DNA of 38,405 nucleotides from an uncultured Chitinophagales bacterium (GTDB lineage: Bacteria; Bacteroidota; Rhodothermia; Balneolales; M1805), in the NCBI GenBank assembly GCA_964541325.1, contig CAZIQX010000005.1, forward strand, positions 1-38,405. Reading direction: 5' to 3'. Position 1 is the stretch's first letter; each line of letters begins with the position of its first letter. Shown in pieces: positions 25,700 through 34,584 of the stretch. Both the position numbers and the translations under genes were made by a program. The notes under the pieces are model-generated. The model ran no database searches, was not told the DNA's origin, and was given only the letters and a program-made list of their open reading frames with translations.

Positions 25700-27031
25700 T
25701 TATAACAGACTGCTTGCAAGATTAGCAAGTTCTGAACGTTCTCCTTTTTTCAGATTAACATGTGCATGCAGAGGGTGGTCGCTGATTCGAGCAATTAAAT
25801 GCGATAATCCATTCGATTGTGAATCCAGATAGGGCGTATCAATTTGGAAAATATCACCGGTAAAAACGATTTTTGTATTATCGCCTGCGCGTGTAATAAT
25901 TGTTTTTACTTCATGAGGTGTTAAATTTTGAGCTTCATCAATTATGAAAAATATATTGGATAGACTTCGTCCACGAATATAGGCTAGTGGAGCCAAATGA
26001 ATTTTATCTTGGTCCACCATTTCTTTAATGCGCTTGTACTCTTTATCACTCTCTTTAAACTGACTTTTTACAAACTCCAAATTATCCCAAAGTGGTTGCA
26101 TGTAAGGATCGATTTTAGACTTTACATCACCCGGCAAATAACCGATATCCTTGTTACTCAACGGAACGATAGGTCGTGCTACAAAAATCTGACGATAATT
26201 CGCTCTACGTTCTAGGGCACCAGCAAGTGCTAATAAGGTTTTTCCTGTTCCTGCAGCACCGGAAAGGGTTACCAACTTTATATCGTCGTTCATAATTGCA
26301 TGAAGGGCGAAAGTTTGCTCTGCATTTCTTGGTGTGATGCCATAAGCCGGTTGTTTTAAAATTCGCTCGATAGTTTGTAACCGATTGTTGTAATACGCTA
26401 AGGCAGATTTATTTCCACTGGTTAAAATAAAATACTGATTGGCTTTTGGCACATCCTCAAAGAATTCATGTATTGGAACTGTTTCATTGGCATAAAGCCT
26501 GTCAATTAAGGAAGAATCCTTTAAACGAATCTCTTTATAACCAATATCTAAATGATCGGGATTTTTGATTTTGCCCGTTTCATAGTCTTCTGCCGGAATA
26601 TCTAAGGCTCGCGCTTTTACCCGTAAATTGATGTCTTTGGTAACCAAAATTACCGGACGCGTTTTAATTTCCTGCTTTAGTTTTAAGACCGCATTTAAAA
26701 TTCGATGATCGTTTTTAGTGGTACTAAAAATATGATTGGCATCAATTTTTGAAGGCTTATCATCTTGAATAACTTTCAGTTTTCCTTTTTTGGGTCCATT
26801 TAAGGGAATCCATTCATGAAGCATATTTTCATCAGAAAGCTTATCCAAATGCCGAACAAACTCACGCGCATGCATGTTTATGAGTGTATTCCCTTTCTTA
26901 AACTGATCAACCTCTTCCAAAACAACAATAGGAATTGCAACGTCGTGCTCCTGAAAATTGTGAATAGCATTAAAATCGTGAAGAATTACCGAGGTATCTA
27001 ATACGAAAACTTTACGTTGTTTGCGAGGCAT
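25700..27031 (-). CDS. PIN-domain + PhoH-like ATPase fusion (PhoH2 / YlaK type)
   Basis: 443 aa with an N-terminal PIN (FVLDTSVILHD...VVLEEVD), Walker A (LSGAAGTGKT) and Walker B (FFIIDEAQN). Confidence 0.9.
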   Translation of the reverse strand: MPRKQRKVFVLDTSVILHDFNAIHNFQEHDVAIPIVVLEEVDQFKKGNTLINMHAREFVRHLDKLSDENMLHEWIPLNGPKKGKLKVIQDDKPSKIDANHIFSTTKNDHRILNAVLKLKQEIKTRPVILVTKDINLRVKARALDIPAEDYETGKIKNPDHLDIGYKEIRLKDSSLIDRLYANETVPIHEFFEDVPKANQYFILTSGNKSALAYYNNRLQTIERILKQPAYGITPRNAEQTFALHAIMNDDIKLVTLSGAAGTGKTLLALAGALERRANYRQIFVARPIVPLSNKDIGYLPGDVKSKIDPYMQPLWDNLEFVKSQFKESDKEYKRIKEMVDQDKIHLAPLAYIRGRSLSNIFFIIDEAQNLTPHEVKTIITRAGDNTKIVFTGDIFQIDTPYLDSQSNGLSHLIARISDHPLHAHVNLKKGERSELANLASSLL

Positions 27032-27033
27032 AA

Positions 27034-27816
27034 TTAGGTTTTTAAGGATTGTGATTTACAGGCATATAATGCTACCGCAGCAGCAACACCCGCGTTTAAA
27101 CTTTCAACGACCCCTTCAGAAAAAGTTGGGATATAAACCGAGGTTCTTTGAGGCTTAATCAACTCCGGACGGATTCCATTTCCCTCATTTCCGATTACCA
27201 ATATGGTTTTTTTTGCAAATGAAACCTGTGGCAAGGAACTTGCTGTGTCATCAAGTCGCAATAAATACACGGAAAAACCGATTTCTTCCGCTTTAGAAAA
27301 AAAAGATTCTAAATCGGTTTGATGATATCTTAACTGAAAAGCTGAACTCATCGAGCTTCGAACCGTTTTGGGATTAAACAAATCGACTGTTCCGGTTCCC
27401 AAAATCAAGGCATCCGCCCCAAACCAATGAAGATTTCTAACTATGGTACCTAAATTACCGGGATCTTGAACCGCATCTAGGGCAAGAATAAGTTTGGATT
27501 GTTTCAAAATGCTTTCTGCATCAGTTTCTTCAGGCATTCGAATAATGGCAATTACTCCCTGCGAATGTTCGGTTTGGGCCAATTCAACAAGTTGCTTTTC
27601 CGGTATCAAATATGTGTCAATTTCAGGAAAAAGGGCGTTGGGGAATAGATTTTCCGCCTGTATAACACAATCGATTTGCTCTTTTTGATGATGAACAAAT
27701 TGCTCAATAAGGCGATATCCCTCAGCAACATAGAGTTTTAACTCTTGTCGGTATTTCCGATGCTCTAATTTTCTCAATAATTTGGCTTTCGCCTTCGGCA
27801 GTGCTAAAGAAAGCAT
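27034..27816 (-). CDS. TrmH/SpoU family RNA 2'-O-methyltransferase
   Basis: 260 aa with SpoU motifs (ALDAVQDPGNLGTIVRN, VIGNEGNGI, VESLNAGVAAAVALY). Its stop is 2 nt from the PhoH2 start. Confidence 0.85.
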   Translation of the reverse strand: MLSLALPKAKAKLLRKLEHRKYRQELKLYVAEGYRLIEQFVHHQKEQIDCVIQAENLFPNALFPEIDTYLIPEKQLVELAQTEHSQGVIAIIRMPEETDAESILKQSKLILALDAVQDPGNLGTIVRNLHWFGADALILGTGTVDLFNPKTVRSSMSSAFQLRYHQTDLESFFSKAEEIGFSVYLLRLDDTASSLPQVSFAKKTILVIGNEGNGIRPELIKPQRTSVYIPTFSEGVVESLNAGVAAAVALYACKSQSLKT

Positions 27817-27857
27817 GCTTTAGTATATTGATTCACTCTCTTTCAGAAAAGCTTACT

Positions 27858-29807
27858 TTGAAGAAAATTCGATTTTTTTTCTATTTCTTAATCTTGATGA
27901 TTCATGTTTGCGTGGTTCATAGTTTCGCACAAGTTACTCAAGGTTTAACAGCCACTTCTGACTTTAAGCGGGAGTTGGATAATTTTAATTGGTCTTACAA
28001 AAGCGAAGGACACTGGCAATTTCTGAAATCAGAAATCGGTTATCGCTCACAGTTAAACTCACGCATGTTTTTGTTTAACAAAGTGGCGCAAAACGTTCAA
28101 GATGAAACACAATTAGCACTTTGGGCACTTCAGCACTTGAACAAAAACTGGTTTTTATTTTCCGATACAGATTATTACTCTTTTACCAATACCGACATTA
28201 CTACCATGCAATCGCGTATTGGACTTGGGTTACAGTGGCGCGAATTTACAGTAAAACCATCACTTGGTTTATACTCCGACACAAGAAGTAATCGTACGGA
28301 TGATGGCGTTCAATTTGGCGTACAAACATCAAGCAAAACCATTCGCATTGATGATGATCTTCAAACCAATCTAAATGCTCATTTTCACTATGCCGATATC
28401 AATCCTCGACGGTTCCAAAGCAGTTCTATTCAATCAACCTCCCTTTATCAAACGCAAGAAGTACAGCTACGATTGATGGGTGCTTATTCTTTCAATGAGC
28501 GAGATTCGTATCAACCAAGTAGTTTTTTTAACCGAAACATTACAGATATCATCGAAAAGATTATCAGTGATACCACACGTTTTCAGGTTGGATTTTCTAC
28601 ACAAGTGAATGAATCTGTTCGGTTCAGTTTTTCGGGATTTTCCCTCTACAACATTCGAGATTTTGAAAACAAACCCCTTACCGATGACACCGAAAACAGC
28701 ATCATTGACACGCGCTATACTCGTCAGGAGATTGAAGGTACCGGATCTATTGATTATTCATTTTCCTATGGACAAGGTCAGCTTGGTCTTCGATATGCCG
28801 TTTCGGGGCTAGACGCACGAATCACTCAAGCACTGAATAGCAGCGACGAAGAAATAACCCGAAGAAACGAGCAATTACGAAACACCTTTTATGACCAAGA
28901 GACCACCGAACTATTTGCAAAAAATTCAGTTTCCATCAACAAAAATCATACACTCAATACCAACGCTACTATTTCTATTTTGCGTTTTGATACACCGGAA
29001 TCCAACTTCGACGATCGAGATGAACTTTTTTCAGCCCTAGAATTAGAACACAAATTTTATAGCGACCAATCGTATGAAACCTCGCTTTTGATTTCAGGTG
29101 AATCGTATCATCGCGTTTTTTTATTTCGTCAGCGTAGTTTAGAGAACAATAAACGGCAAAGCTTACGGCTTCAACCTTCTATGATTTGGTTTCCGTTAAA
29201 AAAGGTACGATGGAGCAACCAATTTATGGTTCGGGCCAATTATACAGTGTATGATTTTCAAGATCGGGAAGGCACGGTTCGTGACCAATCTTCACGTGAA
29301 TGGGGATTTAACAGTGATTTACGTTGGGAGTTTTCTAAAAATTGGTACAGCAGTTTATTGGTTTCTCGCAACAGACTCATTATTGGTCAACTTTTTTGGA
29401 ATGAGTTTAGCGAAACGCCGATTGATACCTTAACCACAACTCGTATTGAATCAGCCTTAGAACTTCAAAAACCGGGTTTATATGCCAAATTAGGCATTCG
29501 GATATTTATCAAGGATGATTATGTACCTGTTACTGTACTGCAATTAAATCAGAATGAGGCAACCTTAACACGTTTTACAACAGGAAATCAACAAACTTTT
29601 CAGTTTGGCCCCATGCTAAGTTTACGATGGGAATCAACAAAATATGGTGAAATAAGCATTGATGGCTGGTTACAACTGCAATATCTTCGCAATCAGTGGT
29701 ATATCGACGTTCCTGATTCATTTAGCCGTGCCTTAAGCACCGACGAACGATTTCGCAGAACCCGAATTTTCCCGAATCTCTCCATCCGAACCAAATTTTA
29801 TTTATGA
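27858..29807 (+). CDS. Hypothetical outer-membrane beta-barrel-like protein
   Basis: Long ORF rich in alternating aromatic/polar strands, with a C-terminal aromatic-rich end (IRTKFYL). The TTG at 27858 gives a clean signal peptide (KKIRFFFYFLILMIHVCVVHSFAQ). The ATG at 27801 would overlap the divergent trmH-family start by 16 nt. Function unknown. Confidence 0.55.
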   Translation: MKKIRFFFYFLILMIHVCVVHSFAQVTQGLTATSDFKRELDNFNWSYKSEGHWQFLKSEIGYRSQLNSRMFLFNKVAQNVQDETQLALWALQHLNKNWFLFSDTDYYSFTNTDITTMQSRIGLGLQWREFTVKPSLGLYSDTRSNRTDDGVQFGVQTSSKTIRIDDDLQTNLNAHFHYADINPRRFQSSSIQSTSLYQTQEVQLRLMGAYSFNERDSYQPSSFFNRNITDIIEKIISDTTRFQVGFSTQVNESVRFSFSGFSLYNIRDFENKPLTDDTENSIIDTRYTRQEIEGTGSIDYSFSYGQGQLGLRYAVSGLDARITQALNSSDEEITRRNEQLRNTFYDQETTELFAKNSVSINKNHTLNTNATISILRFDTPESNFDDRDELFSALELEHKFYSDQSYETSLLISGESYHRVFLFRQRSLENNKRQSLRLQPSMIWFPLKKVRWSNQFMVRANYTVYDFQDREGTVRDQSSREWGFNSDLRWEFSKNWYSSLLVSRNRLIIGQLFWNEFSETPIDTLTTTRIESALELQKPGLYAKLGIRIFIKDDYVPVTVLQLNQNEATLTRFTTGNQQTFQFGPMLSLRWESTKYGEISIDGWLQLQYLRNQWYIDVPDSFSRALSTDERFRRTRIFPNLSIRTKFYL

Positions 29808-30430
29808 GCAGCCTTTTTTTAGATGTCATTGATCTTTTGGGAGTGGTAACCTTTGCTATATCGGGAGTGCTTACAGCTCAATCCAAACGCATGGATATTT
29901 TCGGGTTATTTATTATTGCATTTGTAACTTCCGTAGGCGGAGGCACTTTGCGGGATGTACTCATTGGAACCACTCCTGTTGGTTGGATGAATAATTTAAG
30001 TTATGTGTACACTATAATAGGCAGCGTGATTTTTGCGCTCATTTTCAATAAGAAACTTCGTTATTTACGCACTTCTTTTTTCTTATTTGATACAATCGGA
30101 ATAGGTTTATACACGGTTTTTGGAATCGAAAAAGGGCTTCAATTAGGCTTACATCCAATCATTTGTATTTTCTTAGGTACAATCAGCGCTTGTTTTGGCG
30201 GCGTAATCCGCGACATTTTATGCAACGAAATACCCATCATTTTTCGTCAGGAAATTTATGCAACAGCCTGTTTATTGGGTGGAGTGGTTTACTTTACGCT
30301 ACACTTTTTAAACCTCGATAACACAATCATTTTTATCACCTCTGTATTGGTTGTTATTTTGATTCGTGTTGTTGCTGTCAAATTTCATCTGACTATGCCG
30401 CTCTTTTATCGCCCCGAGACTTTATCCTAA
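29804..30430 (+). CDS. TRIC / UPF0126 family membrane cation-channel-like protein
   Basis: 208 aa with two UPF0126 repeats carrying Gly-rich motifs (VTSVGGGTLRDVLIG and ISACFGGVIRDILCN). Its ATG overlaps the upstream stop (ATGA). Confidence 0.85.
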   Translation: MSSLFLDVIDLLGVVTFAISGVLTAQSKRMDIFGLFIIAFVTSVGGGTLRDVLIGTTPVGWMNNLSYVYTIIGSVIFALIFNKKLRYLRTSFFLFDTIGIGLYTVFGIEKGLQLGLHPIICIFLGTISACFGGVIRDILCNEIPIIFRQEIYATACLLGGVVYFTLHFLNLDNTIIFITSVLVVILIRVVAVKFHLTMPLFYRPETLS

Positions 30431-30498
30431 AAAAATCTATGCCTTTAATTGAAACACATTTAACTCCGGAAGCACTTCAATACCTTACCAGCCGAATC

Positions 30499-31794
30499 CT
30501 ATTTTAAGGCCAATAAATCAGTAGCATCTTCCTGAATATGAATTGAATCTAAACGTACTTTTAAATGATTCATAAACGTTAAAAATTCCACGCGTAACTC
30601 AGTTTCAATAGGTTTAGCAGCAGGATTATACTGTTTGTAGGGGTCAACTTGTTTACCATTTTTCCAAAAACGATAACATAAGTGAACACCGGAAGCCAAG
30701 CCTGTCTGACCTACATAACCAATAACTTGCCCTTGTTTAACAGTTTTTCCTTTTTTAATTCCGGAAGCAATTCGTGAAAAGTGCAGGTATCCGGTTTCAT
30801 AAACAGAATTGTGACGGATTTTCACATAATTCCCATTATTTCTGCCATATCCGGCCTGTTCCACAATACCATCGGCAACGGCATACACAGGAGTGCCTTT
30901 TGGAGCTACATAATCCGTTCCCAAATGTGCTTTATAGGTTTTTAAAACCGGATGAAATCGGCGAACGGTATATCGTGAACTCACTCGCGAATACTTTAAA
31001 GGTGCTTTTAAAAAGGTTTTTTGTAAGCTATTTCCATGTTCATCAAAATAACGGGCACGATTGTTATCTTCGAATCGGAAAGCGTAAAACGTTTCACCAC
31101 TTTGATTAAAACGTGCAGCTTTAATAATGGATTCTCCGGTTGGTTGGCCATCAATAAACTCTCGCTCTAAAATTACCTGATACGAATCCCCTTTTTGAAT
31201 GCGATAAAAATCAATTTGCCAGGCAAATACATCGGCAATGTGATAGGCCAATTGAGGGTCGAGGTCTTGTTCCATCAAACTGGCATACAACGATGACTCA
31301 ATAACGCCTGATGCCACATGTTCGCGATATTCTGATTTTTTTAGGCCTCTTTCTGCATAAATACTATCCGTTAACTGAATCTTAACAAACTCACGAAGCG
31401 AATTTTCATATACAAAATACAGAGGTGTTTGTGTTGAATCTGCTTTTTTGATGATATGATATGGAGCGCGGATACTGAGGCTTCTCGCATTAAATATTTT
31501 TTTTGAACGCTTTACTATTTCATGAATGGTAACATACGGGATTGCATGTTCAGCCAATATGGAGTAAAACGTTTCGTTGCGTTTGATGGATGAGGAAAAA
31601 ATTTCTAATGAATCTTCTGATTTGATATCAAAAGGATAGGAAATCAACGTAGGCTGTAGAGCAAACAAACTATCCGTTTTGTGATTTTCTTCTTGATGAT
31701 TGTCGATACTTGATGTCTCACGAGTTGTATAAAAAACAACTATTAACAACAAAATTACACTAAAAATCGACAGTACAAACGATTTATCCTTCAA
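30499..31794 (-). CDS. M23 family peptidoglycan metalloendopeptidase (Csd3/OapA-like N-terminal region)
   Basis: 431 aa with an N-terminal TM anchor and M23 motifs HLGTDYVAPKGTPVYAVADG and GYLHFS. The final motif is GVHLCY instead of the usual HLH. Confidence 0.85.
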   Translation of the reverse strand: MKDKSFVLSIFSVILLLIVVFYTTRETSSIDNHQEENHKTDSLFALQPTLISYPFDIKSEDSLEIFSSSIKRNETFYSILAEHAIPYVTIHEIVKRSKKIFNARSLSIRAPYHIIKKADSTQTPLYFVYENSLREFVKIQLTDSIYAERGLKKSEYREHVASGVIESSLYASLMEQDLDPQLAYHIADVFAWQIDFYRIQKGDSYQVILEREFIDGQPTGESIIKAARFNQSGETFYAFRFEDNNRARYFDEHGNSLQKTFLKAPLKYSRVSSRYTVRRFHPVLKTYKAHLGTDYVAPKGTPVYAVADGIVEQAGYGRNNGNYVKIRHNSVYETGYLHFSRIASGIKKGKTVKQGQVIGYVGQTGLASGVHLCYRFWKNGKQVDPYKQYNPAAKPIETELRVEFLTFMNHLKVRLDSIHIQEDATDLLALK

Positions 31795-32012
31795 AATAAT
31801 GAGCTTTGTTCTTGTTTATTGGCTTGGCATGTACGCTTTAATTCCTTGCAGGATTCGTGCCATTTTCAAGCATGGCAAAAATGTGAAGAAATCCACAGGC
31901 ATCCAATCTTTTAGAATCCTGCATATGTAAAAGCTGTGGAAACACTTCCAAGTATTTTGTTTTATTGTACTTAGATTGGCATTTAAACAGTTTAAACGGT
32001 GAAATATGAACC

Positions 32013-32438
32013 CTAAACCTGCTGATTTTTTTTCATTTCCAACTTTTTCAGCCACTCAATTTGTGCTTTTTTACCGGATTTAATCCCGATATACGCACCA
32101 ATACTTGCCGAAATTAATAATACCGTGAATAAAATCGGTTGCATTTCAAGTACGCCTGCTTCATCCCGAATTAAAATCTGAATAACTATTGGTAGCACAA
32201 AAATCACGCTCATTACATAGGGGAAATATGCGGCGGTAAACGCTTTGGTCATAAACCGTTTGCTCAACATATAATTCACATGAGCAATAGTAATGATGAG
32301 TCCAAACCACGTAGCCACAGCATACAAACCACCCATTTCAATGTATTGATAAAACCCGTGTGTAAATACGTAATACAAAGCACTTAACATTAAAGCAAGT
32401 GTTGAATAAGCGAAAATGCGGGGAAATTGATTCTGCAT
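32013..32438 (-). CDS. Hypothetical 4-TM membrane protein
   Basis: Hydrophobic ORF. The internal ATG at 32438 (MQNQFPRIF) avoids the 19-nt overlap with the upstream gene that the 32468 start would create. No family recognised. Confidence 0.5.
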   Translation of the reverse strand: MQNQFPRIFAYSTLALMLSALYYVFTHGFYQYIEMGGLYAVATWFGLIITIAHVNYMLSKRFMTKAFTAAYFPYVMSVIFVLPIVIQILIRDEAGVLEMQPILFTVLLISASIGAYIGIKSGKKAQIEWLKKLEMKKNQQV

Positions 32439-32449
32439 GGAATTACATT

Positions 32450-33829
32450 CTATTTTTTTACAATCCACTGTTCGGGATTCAGATTTTCTTTGTCTTCCCG
32501 AATCATCAAAAATACAGCGTTACCTTTGGGAGAAAAATTATCGCCACCTTTGCCGACTAAATCACCGGCTCGGATATACATGTCTTTTCTCACATTTACC
32601 TCAGTAAGGTTACCATAAACCGTGTTAAACTTGCCATGGTTCACAATTACCACATCTCCATAGCCTTTAATCGGAACTACTCCAAACACGACACCTTCGT
32701 GGATTGCATACACATTCGCTTTAGGTTCTGTGGCTATTTCAACTCCATGATTCATTATTTTTGTGCGATAAACAGGATGCACAATGTTTCCGTACTTCGC
32801 TGAAATTACTCCGGTTTCAACAGGCCAGGGAAGTTTACCTTTCGATTTGGAGAAGGAAGCTTCTAAAGCCTTTACATCTGCTTCGCTTAAACTCGCTCCA
32901 CTGCTGTTTACTATTGGTTTTTCGTACTTTGCTATTTCTTCTTTACGTTTGTTGGCATCCGTAATTTTTTTTGCCTCTTCCAGGCGGCGCAAACGCTCTG
33001 CTTCCAACTCTCTAATTCGCTTTTCTTCTGCAACACGAACTTTAATTTCTTCTGCAATTAACTTATCGAGCGTGGAGTTCATGGAATCCAACTCTTTTTT
33101 TGTGGTCACAAATAGATTTTTAAGTTTGGTTCGGTTACGCTGAATGGTTGCCAACAGTTTGTCTTGCTTTTTCCTTTTAGAATCCAATTTACCGCGTTCG
33201 GCGTTTTCCTCAGCTAAAACTTGTCGGTTTTTTGCTCGATTTTGCTCTAATTCAGCTTTTTTAAGGGATAACTCCTGCTTTTTCTCTTCAATTTCTTCCG
33301 CTTGCTTGTTCCGATATTCGGCAAATTTTTTCAAGTAAAAGGAACGCGATAATAGTTGAGATACTGATTCTGCCGCTAAAATTAAGGCCAATTCCCCCGA
33401 TCTACCGTGTTTGTACAAATAGATTAGTGCTTTTTGATAATTAGCAATCAGCGTTTCTAATTCAGCTTGACGCAAATCGTACTCTTTCTGTGTTAAGCGA
33501 ATTTCTTGTTCAATGGAATTGGATTCATCTTTTAATTTCTGAATAACCTGAACCCGTATTGCAATTTCCTTGTCGAGTTTCACTAACTCTCGGGTTAATT
33601 GTTCGAACTGCTGCTCAGACTCCGTAAGTTGCGACTCATACGTATCGAGTTGTTTTTTTAACTCTTCAATTTCAGCGCGGGTTTTGTTCTGCTCTTGACG
33701 CAATTTTTGGCGCATCTGTTCATAATTTTGTGCTTGAACTTGCGAAACCATGCCAATACAAACAAACAAAAAGACAACGAGAAGTCTTGTTGAGCGATAA
33801 GCCATAAACCGATGTAAGATGTGCTTCAT
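32450..33829 (-). CDS. EnvC-like murein hydrolase activator (coiled coil + degenerate LytM domain)
   Basis: 459 aa with a signal/anchor and about 270 aa of heptad-like Glu/Lys/Gln-rich coiled coil. The C-terminal LytM fold has lost its metal ligands (NHGVEIA in place of HxGxD; AVFLMIRE in place of HLHFE). Confidence 0.8.
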   Translation of the reverse strand: MKHILHRFMAYRSTRLLVVFLFVCIGMVSQVQAQNYEQMRQKLRQEQNKTRAEIEELKKQLDTYESQLTESEQQFEQLTRELVKLDKEIAIRVQVIQKLKDESNSIEQEIRLTQKEYDLRQAELETLIANYQKALIYLYKHGRSGELALILAAESVSQLLSRSFYLKKFAEYRNKQAEEIEEKKQELSLKKAELEQNRAKNRQVLAEENAERGKLDSKRKKQDKLLATIQRNRTKLKNLFVTTKKELDSMNSTLDKLIAEEIKVRVAEEKRIRELEAERLRRLEEAKKITDANKRKEEIAKYEKPIVNSSGASLSEADVKALEASFSKSKGKLPWPVETGVISAKYGNIVHPVYRTKIMNHGVEIATEPKANVYAIHEGVVFGVVPIKGYGDVVIVNHGKFNTVYGNLTEVNVRKDMYIRAGDLVGKGGDNFSPKGNAVFLMIREDKENLNPEQWIVKK

Positions 33830-34584
33830 AATCGCTCCAAACTTACATTTTTTGGTAATGTAATGTTGATTTCTTTCTTTTGCTCCGACTCCCGAAAATC
33901 TATACTTCCACTTAAAACACGTGTTGATGTTGGCTTATTCAGGCTTTCCATTTTTCGCGCAACAAATCGTCCATTTTTTAAAGATGCGTGTTCTGAAAAT
34001 TCAATCTGTGAAAAGGCTTGCACCTGATCATTAGCTACAATATTGGTAAATATTGCATTTTTTTTCGTGATAAATCCTTCTAAGCCATTCAATAAGTCTC
34101 TCAAATTCCATTGATATTCATCTTCCAAAACCACAGTCTCCGCTGAAAATAGTCGTTCTGGGAAAAACACATCAAACAAATGAAAAGGAACCAAACCACC
34201 CGAAAATGATGCTGCAAAATCGTGCTTTGACATTCGAATGAGTGTTTTTTCAATTTTATTGTATTCGGTTACCGAATCAGCATCAATCCATAGATGAACA
34301 GCCTCAATACCAATACTGTTTTTAAATTGCATAAAACAAACGTCTTTATTGGCACTAAATTCAACCGAAAGTCGCTCATTTCCTTGTGGTGAAGCATACA
34401 GAACGCGAGCTTTACCCTCTAAATAGGCTGGGATTGTCAATGAATCAACTAGCTCTGAAACTGCTTTTTCCGTTAATTGAAATACCGATTCAGATGATGA
34501 TAGTTTGCGGCCGGTTTGAAACAGACCACAAGCTTGTACCATCAATAATAAAAACAAAAAAAGCAGTAATCTTTGCTTATTCAT
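33826..34584 (-). CDS. Lipoprotein, DUF4292-like (LolB-fold-like) by position and size
   Basis: 252 aa with lipobox LLMVQAC-G. It sits between the TPR protein and the EnvC-like gene, a synteny I recall for DUF4292 in Bacteroidota. There are 4-nt and 8-nt overlaps with the neighbours. The family call is not verified. Confidence 0.55.
   Translation of the reverse strand: MNKQRLLLFLFLLLMVQACGLFQTGRKLSSSESVFQLTEKAVSELVDSLTIPAYLEGKARVLYASPQGNERLSVEFSANKDVCFMQFKNSIGIEAVHLWIDADSVTEYNKIEKTLIRMSKHDFAASFSGGLVPFHLFDVFFPERLFSAETVVLEDEYQWNLRDLLNGLEGFITKKNAIFTNIVANDQVQAFSQIEFSEHASLKNGRFVARKMESLNKPTSTRVLSGSIDFRESEQKKEINITLPKNVSLERL

Noticed and set aside
25700-27031. PIN-PhoH fusion as a toxin-antitoxin or anti-phage defence module.
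   Set aside because: There is no adjacent small antitoxin-like ORF. It is operonic with a housekeeping-type TrmH methyltransferase and lies in a core-genome context, consistent with the widespread PhoH2/YlaK housekeeping family.
31816-32055. 79-aa ORF in the spacer between the 4-TM protein gene and the M23 peptidase gene.
   Set aside because: It has no signal peptide, motif or plausible start context, and its 5' part overlaps the 3' end of the upstream CDS. The spacer is better described as non-coding with an inverted repeat (reported separately).
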